A stretch of DNA of 63,380 bases, counting the filler, from Phoronis australis (Eukaryota; Animalia; Phoronida): the NCBI GenBank assembly GCA_002633005.1. It is 5 parts of 5 records of this genome, joined end to end, with 100 filler letters (N's around TTAATTAATTAA, not from the genome) between each part and the next. Parts side by side here need not be neighbours in the genome. Positions count along the whole stretch, not along the records: positions 37,080 to 54,368 come from NMRA01000911.1; 4 more parts are not named here. One strand, 5' to 3'. Position 1 is the first letter of the stretch. Each line of letters starts with the position of its first letter. Below the pieces are notes generated by a model that worked only from the letters and a program-made list of their open reading frames with translations, was not told where the DNA came from and searched no databases. The translations under genes and the position numbers were made by a program. Shown one piece after another: positions 39,315-52,963 of this stretch.

Positions 39315-42300
39315 GCCACTTTACTCAGATGGTGTGGAAAACCACCGAGAAAGTCGGTTTTGGCAAAGCCAAGACTAAGGACAACAAAGTTCTTGTCGTT
39401 GGAATGTACCTTCCCGCTGGCAACTACGTTGGGCGATTCGTGGAGAACGTACCTCCGCCGCTGGCAGATGGCGCCAGCGCATCGGTTCCAAAGAAAGAAA
39501 AGGACAAAAAGGATAAGAAGGATAAAAAAGACAAACCTAAAAGTAAAGGTATTGAAGGCTAAAATCGACCGTTGGAAATGTGTACATGGCATAACTATTG
39601 TCAGATTTGCTGCATATTTCATTTCTTTTCACTCACGACGTTAGAAAGTGTATGCAACTTTCATTAGTCTGTTGTTGACATTGTGTAGCGAACAATTCTA
39701 CCGTTCGTGGACACCGTACATTTCTCATACTCAGTAGATTTACTTTTTTACTTTCATGCATTGAATGAATGCCAGAAATGCACAATTTCGCTTGTATCCG
39801 TGATATTCCAACTTGTAGGTCGACGCGGAAGTCGCAGCAGCAGCAGCAGCAGCAGCAGTAGCAGCGCTAGCTCTCGCGAGAGTTCACCCGAGTCCAAACG
39901 AAAGACTGACGGCGGATCAACCAACAAGACCGTCAAAACTACAACCACGGTCGAGAATGGGGTGAAGATCACTAAAACTGTCACTACAGAAACCATTGTC
40001 GGTCCTGACGGTAGCAAAAAGACTGTCACCAGAGAACATGTTTCCAGGGAAGGTCCCGCGGGTTCGTTGGGTGACGTAAGTATTGGTCATGTGACAAGCA
40101 GGAATGCTATGTATTGAGTCTGGCAGCAGTTACCAGAAGTGCATATTAAAATTTTCAAGATTCACGATTTGTCGTCTGCCTTTGAACACTGAACTGAATA
40201 GTTTACACTCGTGAAATGCTCTACAACAGCTGGGCACCTAATGCTGATATTTAAAGCTACCATTTTCCCCGTTCAACTGGCTAAAAGCAAAAATCAAATA
40301 ATTCCTTTTGCTCTCATAAATTCGGTCTCGTAATAATACATACCATAACAGGATTCTATTTCCGTTTTTAACATGAACATCAAAACCATCCACGACTCGG
40401 GAGAACGTTACCGAATTTATTGGGGTTCAGAGACCAGCCCTCGGTGGCTACCATTTTTTCATTCTATATTTCAGATGGACAGTAAGTTCAAGGACATGAA
40501 AGTACACGGAGGTTCTGCTCCGGTAAGTACAAATACATACACATAACTTTTAATTCCTATCTGAATCACAATTGTCCAATTACCTCGGAACTGTACATCA
40601 TATCATAAACCATATTGACTCACAAATTGATAGTGCTTTTATAAAAAATAAAAATTCAACTTTTCTCTCTGACGAAAGGCAATTAAATTTATCTCCTTAG
40701 TTACTATATTTATCCTCACGCACCTTTCTACACATATTCGAAGGCACCACTACTAATAAAACGTGTTGTGAATTGTATTTGGAGCATTTGTATTTGGTTG
40801 TCATCCATCCATAGAGCGGAAAAACAATCAAACCTCAGAAGATGAGTGAATTCATCGACGACGCAGTCAAAGCGCACAACAATTATCGAGCGAAGCACGG
40901 TGTACCTTCTCTAAAACACAATAAGGTAAGAACTATAGATAATAAAAATGTCCACTTTTTTCTGAAAGAACACACCTTCCTGCTCGTTGGGTGGTTCTGT
41001 GGTGAGATGTTGAAGCATTGACCTTTTTACCTCTTTTGATTGGTTAATGAAGTTTTGGAAACGGAACTACACGAGACTTTACGAGTTTTCACGGAAATTT
41101 AAATTGTAACACTTTTTGGTCATTGGCATTTAATACCCAATGTTTTAGATTATTCTAGTGACACCGAATATTTCCGCGATTATTGCCTTCAAAAAACCAA
41201 GGGCATGCGGATGTGTGGATTTTTTGTAACCGAATCAAATGTCATGATTCGTTTCAGAGTAAAAATATTCGGTATGGTTCGATCTTAATCGTCTTATTTA
41301 CTAAACTAGTGTTCAGTGTTAAGACTACCACGACCATGGATATTTGAGTCTTCAATCATTTCAACAATGTTAAAATACATCACACGGAAATTGAAGCGAG
41401 ACAACTGTCGCTTTTGGCGGAATTCCAAAATGTACACTGCCAAACTGAGATAATACAAGACAGTGTAGCTCGCCAAAACACTACCCATGGGTCCCATCGG
41501 GGCGGAAAACAATAGTGGAAAACAATAAATATCTGATTTTGCTTTGATTTCAAGCTCAAATCCATTTCCTGACAAACGCACAAGAAAACAAAATAAGATT
41601 TGACATCAAAATACAAACTGTGTATGTCCATTGATGACAATTGCTGCTTGTTTTGAGACAGTGCGAAATCACAGCGCAGCTACCGGTGTTGCTGCAAGAT
41701 TAAAATTCTATACCAATGTTGTCATAACATCTCTGTTGATTGCCATAGCCCGTGAAATATTTTTTCTCCAAAGGACATTTATGATAGAACATGGCTGTGG
41801 TCTACATCAGTGATGTCATACTGCTCCACCGTTCAGGCAAATACACGTCGTAGTCAATGAGTCGTTGAGGCAATTGTGCGACGAACATATAACTTGTAAC
41901 CTCTCTCAATGTCTTAAAATAAAATGCATCTTGTTTACAATTTTGACCAAGCACCAATCACGCTTTCCAGGGCCTCCCAAGACCCCGTGCCCCCAACGGC
42001 ATATGCACGTTGACGGAAACCCAAGGTCATGAGTCGTATTTCAATTCTCATTGGCAATTAGTGTTGGTTTATTGTTTGCAGGACTTGTCAAAGACCGCCC
42101 AAGAGTGGGCGGACCACCTTGCAACGAGTGGCAAACTAGAACACAGCTCAAACAAATACAAGGGAGATAAGTTGGGAGAAAATGTGGCGAGCAAATGGTC
42201 GAGTGCCGGAGCCGACTATACAGGTAAATAGTGCGCCAAAAGAAAACCCGCATCAATTCACACATGTATGTTTTGGCACCATTAGACTTACACCCTAATA

Positions 42301-45300
42301 TTATGACTCATAGAAGTCAGTGATACCTTTTGGCAGCTATAGCAGTGGAGATCAAATTGTCTTGAGTTGACGTCCGACTGCTCATTTAGAACACCTACGG
42401 TATTTTGGTTGCATCAAATTTCCCGAATATACCCGAGGTTTTCCGGATGCAATCATCCTCAAACCACTGCCACTCAGCTTGCTCTCCTTGCAGTTTTTGC
42501 AAGATGCGGTTTTCAAAAAACTTTTGACGAAAAATGTGGAATGTGTGACCTTCAAATTAGCTTAGGAACACACCTGGGTTATAACATAAACATCCCGTTC
42601 TGTACACGTTTCCCGCAATCCAAAATTAAAGAAACTTTTCGACAAAAAAGACCACCTCCAAACTGGAGGTGGTCTTTTTCCGTTTTCGGCTGAAAACGAT
42701 CTCGAGGGTAATTCTCGTTTTTTAATCAACCAATGGTATTCAATTGATAGCTAAGTTTTTAGGTTAACTTTTGACCTCTTTTCACAAATCAAGACATCAC
42801 TTACGGCAGTTTCAAGTCAAGCATGGAAAATGTTGACATTTCTGCATATATCGACGACTCTTTCATTCAGTGACATTTCTGCATATATCGACGACTCTTT
42901 CATTCAGTGACTTTTTCCATAATGGTTAGGAACTGGTACTGCATTTTNTATACCCGAGGTTTTCCGGATGCAATCATCCTCAAACCACTGCCACTCAGCT
43001 GGCTCTCCTTGCAGTTTTTGCAAGAGGCGGTTTTCAAAAAAATTGACGAAAAATGTGGAATGTGTGACCTTCAAATTAGCTTACGAACACACCTGGGTTA
43101 TAACATAAACATCCCGTTCTGTACACGTTTCCTGCAATCCAAAATTAAAGAAACTTTTCGACAAAAAAGACCACCTCCAAACTGGAGGTTGTCTTTTTCC
43201 GTTTCCGGCTGAAGACGATCTCGAGGGTAATTCTCGTTTTTTAATCAACCAATGGTATTCAATTTATAGCTAAGTTTTTAGGTTAACTTTTGACCTCTTT
43301 TCACAAATCACGACATCACTTACGGCAGTTTCACTCAGCAATAACATGGTGTCAAGAGCAAGTCAAGCTTGGAAAATGTTGACATTTCTGCATATATCGA
43401 CGACTCTTTCATTCAGTGACTTTTTCCATAATGGTTAGGAACTGGTACTGCATTTTNCTTCAAATTAGCTTAGGAACACACCTGCGTTATAACATAAACA
43501 TCCCGTTCTGTACACGTTTCCTGCAATCCAAAATTAAAGAAACTTTTCACAAAAAAGACCACCTCCAAACTGGAGGTGGTCTTTTTCCGTTTCCGGCTGA
43601 AGACGATCTCGAGGGTAATTCTCGTTTTTTAATCAACCACTGGTATTCAATTTATAGCTAAGTTTTTAGGTTAACTTTTGACCTCTTTTCACAAATCACG
43701 ACATCACTTACGGCAGTTTCACTCAGCAATAACATGGTGTCAAGAGCAAGTCAAGCATGGAAAATGTTGACATTTCTGCATATATCGACGACTCTTTCAG
43801 TCGGTGACTTTTTCCATAATGGTTAGGAACTGGTATTGCATTTTGCTTCATTTAGGCTATGCAACTACCACAGGTACGATCGGAATTTACAAAGTTTGTC
43901 AAAATTAAGGGTTTATGACCATGAACGCGCTATAATCTCCCATGATGCTATTGTGAAGTGGGCTCATGGTAACATGTTGATTATATCTGGGCTGTTAATC
44001 GAACTGTTTTAGTGAAATAGGGAAATACGTGCATCGAACGTTTGTTCCGTCAGTAACGTTTGCTTCTCAGGAAGGTCAATTACTGCGTTGTGTTTTGGTC
44101 CCAAAAGTTATTTTGGGACAATCGCAATACGCATTCCATTAATGCAATTAAGATATAAAAATTCTCTTCTATGGGAATTAAGTTTTTATATTTGTAAAAC
44201 GTATATTTTGAAACTTTAGGACAAGAAGTCGTTGATCAATGGTACAGTGAAATTGAAAAGCATGACTTCAAGTCAGAGCCGAAGACGTTGGGCTCAGGTA
44301 AGTTCAACGCCCGGACTCAATTTCTTCTTCTGAACACGATAAAATATGGTGTAGAATTTCTAACATTATGTCGTTAGCACACTCCGTTATGACAGTGCCA
44401 ATCTCCAGGCACGGCGGTACACTAGGTATCCCTCATACGAGCTCTGTTTGGATTAAATACATTTTGACGGTATACCTATACATGCATTGGGCGTATATGT
44501 AAATGCAGGCACGTATGCGAGGATGCGTAGATCCGTCGCTTTCTTGCAGTGAATTTGATGTCTCAACTAAAGCCCTTATGTAAAATCTCAATCGCAAAAT
44601 ACCAAGATCCGGGACAACTACGCATCCTTAAGACTTAATTCGATTGACCAATGACCGTTTGTTGACTGACACACATGGCAGTAAGCAGGGCGCGATAGTA
44701 AAGCAAACAGTCCCCAAATCACACTCTTGCACCCAACTGTCGCAGTGACTGGCTAAGGGCATGGCATAAGTGTAACTTTGCAAGTTTTGAGGAGCCGTTT
44801 AGCTTTTGTTAATGTCAATTATTTACTGTCAAATACGACAACTTTGCGGTTTTGAGTCATAAAACGATTGGTCTACTTAGATTGCTTTGAGTGGCGCTCC
44901 CTCGTTCATAAACTTTGAAATGAATCGCCCAAACAAAGAAACGCCATTCTCACACATGTCCATACATTTCGGCATTTGATCACGCAATGGTATCGATATG
45001 TACAAGGAAGCAATAGAAACTGTACATTTGAGCAATTCTTCCGCATTCAGTGTGTCAGCCACAACTATTTTGGTTTGTGGAGTCCATGCATTAGCTGTTA
45101 TAGCAAGGGAAATTTTACCCGTGAAAATATCCATGATTTCGTATTTAGGTCGTAACATGGAAGCATGTCCTAGACTGGTGAGAAACTGTAATACACAAGG
45201 ACCTGTCCCGATGGTAATTCCACCAGATGGCGAACATATATAGCACCACCCACCTAAGCTCTATGTAATCTGGCCGATGCCTGAAGATTGGTTCATACAC

Positions 45301-47217
45301 CGCTACATTTTCCTTATCTCCCAATTACCAGGGGTGCGCTCCATAGACACAAGAACGTCGCCGAAAACGCAGAGCCACACAAAATTTCGCGATATATCGC
45401 CATCTCTTACAAGCAAACCACACGACCACACTAACTAAAGGGGATGAGGGGAGTCAATAATTGGTTTGACTTCAAAACCAGCCGGGTGGATAACAAAATC
45501 AAATGACGGGTGTTCTAATGACCGGTACCTCAAAACCAGATGGCGGCACCCCAAAAACTGGTTGGCCCACCCTAAACCGGTTGGCCATTGGTCAAACGCA
45601 TTGACTGAACAAATCGTAGATTTTAAGCAAAACAAACAAATAGGTACGAAAAATAGATTTCACTTGAATCCTTTGAGATATTCAGTGCGAGTCTCTGAGG
45701 AAGTCTGGCCGTCGTGTTTGATCTTCAGCTTACTGGTTATAGGACCGGCCGTTGTGTTTGGGATCCAACCTACTATATAGTTTTTTGGGTGAGGCCATCT
45801 CGGTTTTAAGTCCAGACAACACGTTTGACCACTGCATGGCCATTTGGTTTTGCAGTCCAGCCGACTGGATAAGTGGTTTTGAAGTCCAACCAATATTCCT
45901 TTTTCGAGTTTATAACAGTAACGCGACATTACGTGATACTTAACTGTGACGTCACCGGAAGTGGGCAAAAGCTTGTAGTTTGGCCATTTGCCCGATACGG
46001 TAGCAGAGTGTATTCTGTTGTTTACTTCGAGTTTTTAATCTGTTAGTGTGGAAAATGCCAAACAAGCATTGTTGTTATGGCAAATGAAATTCAGATTCGC
46101 ACTACAATACGTTCCATCGCGTTCTGTACTAATTTCGTCCTGTGTATTATAAACGGGTGATAGGCGAAATCCGTTCACAGATTAAGTTTTCACCTCGTCA
46201 AAAATACATTCTACACCTAAAATTATCCCCTAAATAGGCGCTTACATTCTTCAGTGATCCTTTCTGCTTCTAAACATATCTTCGATGAAGCATAGCTACG
46301 GGAATTCAGGTGAGTTTGGCGAAGAATTCCAACTCCACTTTTGGTTACTGTTAACTTTGACCGCGCGCGTGATAACCACAAATTATTTCAACTGAGTCAG
46401 GTGAGTATGATGCAAAGGCTATAGCGCGAGACTAAGCGAAGAGCATGACTTGGCGCGGGACACTTGCACGATAACATGGGAAAATATCAAGTGAAATTTG
46501 TCCCTTGGATTTTTTGTTCGTCAACAGGCGTAATTTCACGTAACTTCTTCCCGATGAGAGCAACTCGAGCGAACCGCTAGGTTTTCATGGATATGTTCAT
46601 ACAAGTTATTTGTACACTAAATTGTATCCAGAGTCGGGGTATGTAATAATTATAACTTCATGCGCACAAATGCATGTTTCAATTGATTTTATTTTCTGTA
46701 TTTTGAAATGAGTAACTTTTTATGGGGATGATATACTATCGCTCCTGTATGCCTGCGGCATCCAGGCCTAGACCGGGTCGAGTTCCAATTTCAGTCCTTT
46801 CACAGCTTCGCACAACATATCAAGTTCACATTTTCTTCGTCCATTCACAGTTTGTTTCACGATCCATCTACCATCTCTTAAATCGTGTTAACATTTTAAG
46901 CGTAAAATTCACCATAAGAACTCCCAGTAAGATTTTGCGTGTGTAGCAAAGACTCGGGGCAAAACGACAACAATATGGCAGTGTTTCCTCTCTTTCCGGT
47001 AACGTCACATATATAGACGGGATAGTTTACGAGTGTTCCTATTCATATCTATCCTGTTTCAGGTCACTTTACACAAGTAGTGTGGAAGAACACCAAAGAA
47101 GTAGGTCTAGGCAAAGCTCTGACTCCTGAAGGTCGCGCAATCGTCGTCGCCAACTATCATCCCGCTGGCAACTTTGTAGGTCGCTTCGTGGAAAATGTTA
47201 TGCCTTTGAAAAAATAG
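39315..47217 (+). CDS. GLIPR2: GAPR-1/GLIPR2-like protein with tandem CAP (SCP/TAPS) domains, 5'-incomplete; exons 39315-39548, 39819-40075, 40475-40522, 40815-40925, 42082-42223, 44220-44297, 47063-47217
   Basis: Seven GT-AG exons with consistent phases (1,1,0,0,0,1,1) and no internal stops. End of CAP-a: [17 protein letters not shown]...[16 protein letters not shown] linker follows, then a complete CAP-b: [14 protein letters not shown]...AQEWADHL...LEHS...GENV...QWYSEI...[17 protein letters not shown]...[24 protein letters not shown]. It is Cys-free, as in the intracellular GAPR-1 subfamily. Confidence 0.93.
39836..39865 (+). repeat. Coding (AGC)n repeat = 10 consecutive Ser
   Basis: AGC x7, AGT, AGC x2, in frame in exon 39819-40075. 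Confidence 0.9.
42428..43844 (+). repeat. Three tandem copies of a ~0.5-kb intronic block separated by single Ns
   Basis: Copies at 42428-42947, 42949-43456 and 43458-43844 (partial), with junction Ns at 42948 and 43457. Confidence 0.92.
45459..45893. mobile_element. Foldback/MITE-like imperfect long inverted repeat
   Basis: TTGGTTTGACTTCAAAACCA...CAAAACCAGATGGCGGCACCCCAAAAAC is mirrored by GTTTTTTGGGTGAGGCCATCTCGGTTTT...TGGTTTTGAAGTCCAACCAA. Confidence 0.65.
45945..47009. mobile_element. Internally deleted DNA transposon with a THAP-like start relic
   Basis: Inverted ends TGTGACGTCACCGGAA / TTCCGGTAACGTCACA. The ATG at 46055 opens [16 protein letters not shown], resembling the KHCCxGxCxSDxxY N-terminus of transposon THAP proteins. 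Confidence 0.5.
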
Positions 47218-50200
47218 TTTAATTGTTTATGAAACAATGAGACAATCTATTCCTTTTGAAATCTATATTCATCATGTCCTGTGAATTTGTGAAGGGTCAT
47301 CGAGGTCTTATTGTATACACGGGATAAAGGCAGTATAAATTTGGTCACGGTTACGGAACTCACTGAACCCCAGAAAGAATAATTTGTTATTTTGGTATTT
47401 GAACACCTTAGTACACATGAACTGTGTGAGGTAAGATCATGTAGCGCTTACCTAGCCGTAGACGATAGGCAAAACTTGACAAATGAGACATTCCATAGTT
47501 ATCTGCATCATTCTAGAATAGAAGGAAACGTTGTATTGCTGTGGGATATTGATCAGAGCATAAAAGTTAAGGTCAGTAGGTGGCGAAATGGCTCGATATC
47601 TCATGAGTCTCTGGTCTAGGATACCAGTGGATCAATTGTCTTGTACCGGGTATGTGATCACCTGCTGAAACGAAAACTGTAGTTTACATGTCAATTGCAT
47701 ACTAACGGAATATTCTCTCGGCCACGTCTGTGCAGTCTATTTAATTTTAAAACTCCTGAATTGAGATGGCAAGGTGACGTTTCAGGAATTATGGTTTATA
47801 CTGCGGTTGCACTCGATTCACTCCATCGGTTTAGACAGGTCAACCAGAGCTCGCTGGTTCCCTGGGTGTAGAAATTACACGCAGATAACAGGCAGTAGCA
47901 CGCGCTCTACCACTGGTTGATGTAACCTTGGCAGTCATTGGTTAGCTTTACAACAAAGTGAGAAAATGGCTATGAACGATTTTTAGCCTTATTATGCAAA
48001 TGGCGTAGCAGTGATATATAGTAGCCGCGTGTTTGAAGTGCACACATGTGCAATAAACACACCTCTTGGCGATTTAACTGGTATGTTATTCATAATGTAT
48101 GAATACACGACAGCAACTTGAACGTAAACAAAAGTCAGTGACAGTAGAAAGATGCACTCCGATAAGGCGCAAACACAATATTTTGGATTCACATTTTTTC
48201 AAAACATGAATTTTAAGCACCGATTTGTCTGTACAACAGACCACAGACCATGAGTCATGCCAATTTGTTTGCGTAAAGCCCTATCTGTTGAGAATTCGAC
48301 CAGCCTTATCAGAAACGAAGATGTAAAAAAATTGCCGAGGAAAATTAAATGTTACCTGCGTGCAGAACAATCTAGCGGCACGAAGGGGACCAGCGAGCCG
48401 TCTGAGACACTTGATTGGTTTGTAAGCCCGAAGTTGACACCGACAAACAGTCAGATGTCTTTGCTGGTTGATACTTTTGAATCGACTGCATACATTTTTT
48501 GGTTTATAGTCTCTTTTGACAATGTGTAATTTGAAATATATGACACCAATTGTTGTTATACGCATGCCACAATTAATTTGAAGGTTTAGGCTACATCTAC
48601 TGGTTTGAACGGTGGAATTTGATCGTTTTGGTCAGTGTATCTCCGAGATACAAAAAAATATGTGGTCTCACATTAAAAACAAAATCGTTTAAGACTTTCA
48701 CCTACAGTACATAGTGTGGCAAAGACTGAAACATTTTGCAACATCCGTGAAAAATCAGTCAAAGTTTGCCCTATCTCTCTATTAATAATTGATCACTGAC
48801 CGACGTCAAGTTGCTACTATTTAGTTTTAGTCGGAGCAGCAACGAATCCCTTGGTGTTTTTAACTAATCGACGGTATATTTGCTTACTAACCTACTGTGT
48901 TTAGAATTTGAGTCATGCACTATGCTTCTGTTACATCACATGTTAACCACTACAGTGCTATGTCTGTCTTTTGTTCGTAAACTAGCATATAATTTGTGAC
49001 CTCGACATATCTCTCTTGGTCGTCTTTTATCTTTTATATATATAATAAATGTAACTTTTGTCGCAAAAATACATGTAATATACATTCACTACAACGTGCC
49101 ACACCTTGTTCATGTGAGAGCGCTGTGGAAACGTCGTGCAAACATATGTAGGTTAGAAATTGGTGTTCAAAGACAGTGTGTTGATAGGGAATTTTATAAT
49201 TGATGAAAAAAATATTTCATCTGATACATTGGCTGCGACTGTGAAGACATTTACGTCGTCATCATGTTGCAACTGAAATGACCTATTTCTGGAAACCATA
49301 CAAAATCATTCCAAGGTTTTGTAGTGTATTGTGATTGTTAAGGGTATGGAGAAATGCGATGTAGTGTACTGTTATTAGGGTATGGAGAAATCGGATGGTA
49401 AATTTGCGCAATCGTTTGCACATAAATCATATTATTGGGTATGAATGGCTGTCATTGTTTAAGTGATTTATAGAACTTTGTTGTCAATATACACACATAA
49501 TGTATCTTCACACAAAACGTGAATCATCAAATGAATTACTTGTCTTTGACGCAATAAAGTAATTTTGTTCTTGTGCTTTTGCTTTACACATTTTGTTACT
49601 TTTTCATTGTGAGTACTGTTTATTAAGGGCTCATTACTTTGTCTCGTCTAATTTTCTACTTAACGCGATATCGTGGCCATTTTCAAATGACGATCTGAAG
49701 TGAGTTGTTTAGTAACGATTATTTTTGTCTAGTCTATAGTTACTGCCATTTGAAAAGAATATGCAAAGCAACATAAAAACATTGAGCGGAATTGAAATTC
49801 AGAATTTTTATTGTCAACAGTTTCAGTCGTTTAAAGTTGGTTCCTCCAGTAGATTTATGTTCTAGGCTTTTCAGCTAATCCTACCACCGCTTTAACAGCA
49901 CAAAACACATTTTAAACACTGGAACGCAGAGACATCTAATCATTCGTGAGGTAAACTTTTCGTGCAGCAATTTGTGTCACTGCAAGAAAATAGCAAACAT
50001 CATGGTAATAACTGTACAAGTTTTGAACATTCTGTTTCGCGGTAGAAATAACATGTGTCTGCCGCCGGTTCCAAAATTCACTGAATAGAAAGAAGATTAA
50101 TGTGAACGAGTGTTGCTCGAAACTGTTACACATGTAATTGAGCATCGTTGCGGTGACGAAGATAAACTCCAGGTATTCTTTCAAAGCTGTTTTAATATTT

Positions 50201-51161
50201 AAAAACACGTGGTTTTACTGTATTCTTTATTTCACTTCGAACCCAAATTAAAGCATTCGGACATAGTCTTAATCAAGCGAAATTTAAACATTCAATTAAT
50301 TCATTGTTGCCCTGTCCTAGAATTCACAGGAAAAGTGTCATCTGTTCGAGAAAGGAAATGAAACGTTTAGAAAGATTTCCACCTACCCGTTGTGCATCTG
50401 ATCCTGCAATTATCACTTTGGTAATATGAAATATTTACATCCTAATGTCGATGTGTAGTCACACCCTACGTAAGTGTATTTTCTGGCGGCTATGGCTCTG
50501 ATAAGTCCGATTTTCAAGAACGTTTACAATGTTAGACGTGATGATGAATCCGCTGCTCGTATACAATAATTCATGATTACGTTGTTTGTGGATAGCATAT
50601 GTCGCCGCCGATCTCCCAATGTCCAACTCACGATCACCAAGACATCCCTATCTGATGCGCTCGTCATCATAACGAGGTTGATACATTGTGGACATACTAC
50701 AGTGGCAACATTGCGGTCGCCTTGGAGATGGCCAGGTTATTATCGGGAATGAAATCACTATGGGACACAATCAAGGAGTTTCCTACAAGGATACACCAGC
50801 GAGGATCATTACCCCCATTACTGCACAGCTTCCCGAGATCAGTTTTTGAAGCCTGTCGCATAATTTGAACAGGCTCTGTTTTAAAATTTACATTGAGTTG
50901 ATTCAGCTCATTGTCTTTGTTTGATTTTTCCAAATTTGTCCAGACACAGATATTCTTGTGCCTTCTCCAAACACCCCTNCCTACATGCAGACCTGTAGAA
51001 AACCTTCATCCGGGACTGCATCCGTCTATATACATTCAAGCTTTTTTAACAGAATGGTCGTTTGAACATCCGTCTGCGTCTGGTGACGGAGTTTGCAACT
51101 GTCAAAAACTGGCTTCTCTGCGATAACTACGATTATGCGCATGAACAAAATATCGAGCATC

Positions 51162-51208
51162 TGTGTGCGTGTGTGTGTGTGTGTGCGTGTGCGTGTGTGC
51201 GCGTGCGT

Positions 51209-51246
<38 letters not shown>
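51162..51246. repeat. (GT)n/(GC) microsatellite
   Basis: Imperfect alternating purine-pyrimidine run. Confidence 0.95.
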
Positions 51247-52963
51247 TTGTCTCGTAAGACTAATGAATAAGCTTTTTCTTTCATTATGCAATTTTATCCA
51301 CAGAAGCTGGGGCATATTCCTGCAAAAGATAACATAACTGCTGATGTTCACATTCAATAATGCCATTTGTTCGTTGCAGTGATCATCAACGCGTTATTGG
51401 TCATACATTGCTCTGAGAACGCGTCGTTTTCTAACACTTCATACATATTAGGGTATGGTATTACCACATTACCACTTCACGTAAAGCAGACGTCTTATCA
51501 ATCGAAGGCATAACTGGAGAAGGCCAGGACAACAAAAACGCCCATTGTTGTCGGGAAAGTATTCATGATAGCTATTGGTACCAATGGAACATTCTTCTAT
51601 GTCTCTGTGGGCGCGGTTTATGACAAAATGTAAATTTCGGGTTGAAATCATTAGTTACAAAAGTCCATTCTCAAATTCTGTTGTCTGGTCGATTCTCCGA
51701 ACAACGCGTCCGTACGCACGTTTGCATTGATGAATCTAGATTGTCGCAAAAGGGGGACAAAGATTACCCACGGAAAAAAACGTTTGCAGTACCCAGGCAA
51801 GGACATACCTGGGCCGACATAGACTTGTGTATGGAGAGGGTGGACCCCTGGTCTATCTTAACCATCTGATGAGCTTTCTTATACCCTTGGCTACATATAC
51901 ACCTCATGCAACAACACAAAAGCAAATATATCTATAAATGTCTTGAACCAATATCCAGTGCCTAACTTATGATGCGCATACAAGAGAAAACCTGTTCTCA
52001 GTTCATCATCTTTCAAGAGGGCTGAGCGCGGGAAACACTGGTTCTTCGGAAGTGTTCATCACGCAACAGGAATGCATCCTCTTTTTTACAAATCACACGG
52101 AACTTCAATAAAGCGTCGGTGTGTTTTGATTGCTGCCTGTGTCCATAAAGAGGAAAGCCCTCTAACACAATCATCGTGAACTATGAATTTATTATTTGCA
52201 CCCAACACTAAAAAATCTCTATGAGCAGGATTGGAGTTTGTTGCCACGGGTCGCCACTGGTAACGTTGACTGATGTCACGAATTTGCGGAATTCTGTTTG
52301 ACGCGAGAGATGGGAACACTTTCCTTTGACTGTGTACACGTATGTATTGCGGCACTGTCAAAAAATTGTTGCGATGAAGAACCCGGGATATTGTGTCTTC
52401 TGCTCGGTCATCGGCAAGTATGCTATGCGTACTTAAGTGCTTACCGCCGCGAGTTCGAGTCGTAGATTGATCACCATCTTACTACCGACTTTTTCATGCC
52501 AAAAGAGAACAAAGCACCACGTTGTAATGATTTCCAAGCCGTAAATATACCACAAATAACACCATTACGTATTTATGTATACCTGCTTGCGTCAGAAAAA
52601 CAATGCCACAGTCTCTCGGCGACATAAATTTTCGGCACCAGCTGACGAGCAACACAAACGTTCTTCAAGAGCAACAGATCATTCAACCGTATGAGCCAAC
52701 GGGAGTCGTAGTTGTCGACACACGTGTATCTATAGTTAAGGAATTGTTCTAAAAACCCCTTCGATCCCCACAACCCACGACCCTCTCGACCCATAACCCC
52801 CTAGACACACAACATCCACGAAGTGGCACGACCCACAACTCTCCTAGACCAACGACCTGCGGCAATTGGTGTATCGTTGCGATACTTACACGTTGCATAG
52901 TCTTAATTATTGCGTCGCTGATTGACCTTCCCATAAGACTTACCTACATGCAAATCTGCCTCC

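Noticed and set aside
42428-43844. Triplicated 0.5-kb unit (repeated ORFs 42367, 42907, 43416) as a tandem gene array
   Set aside because: It is intronic, the copies abut single-N scaffold joins, and the peptides have no recognisable motif. Most likely unmerged overlapping or allelic contig ends.
16421-47217. TSC2 + GAPR-1-like as an mTOR/autophagy gene cluster
   Set aside because: They lie in different segments joined by an artificial spacer.
50450-52400. Possible decayed coding sequence (e.g. - strand LLYAHHKLGTGYW, sulfotransferase-like; + strand TLWTYYSGNIAVALEMA)
   Set aside because: Short, stop-interrupted, with no consistent exon structure or second supporting motif.
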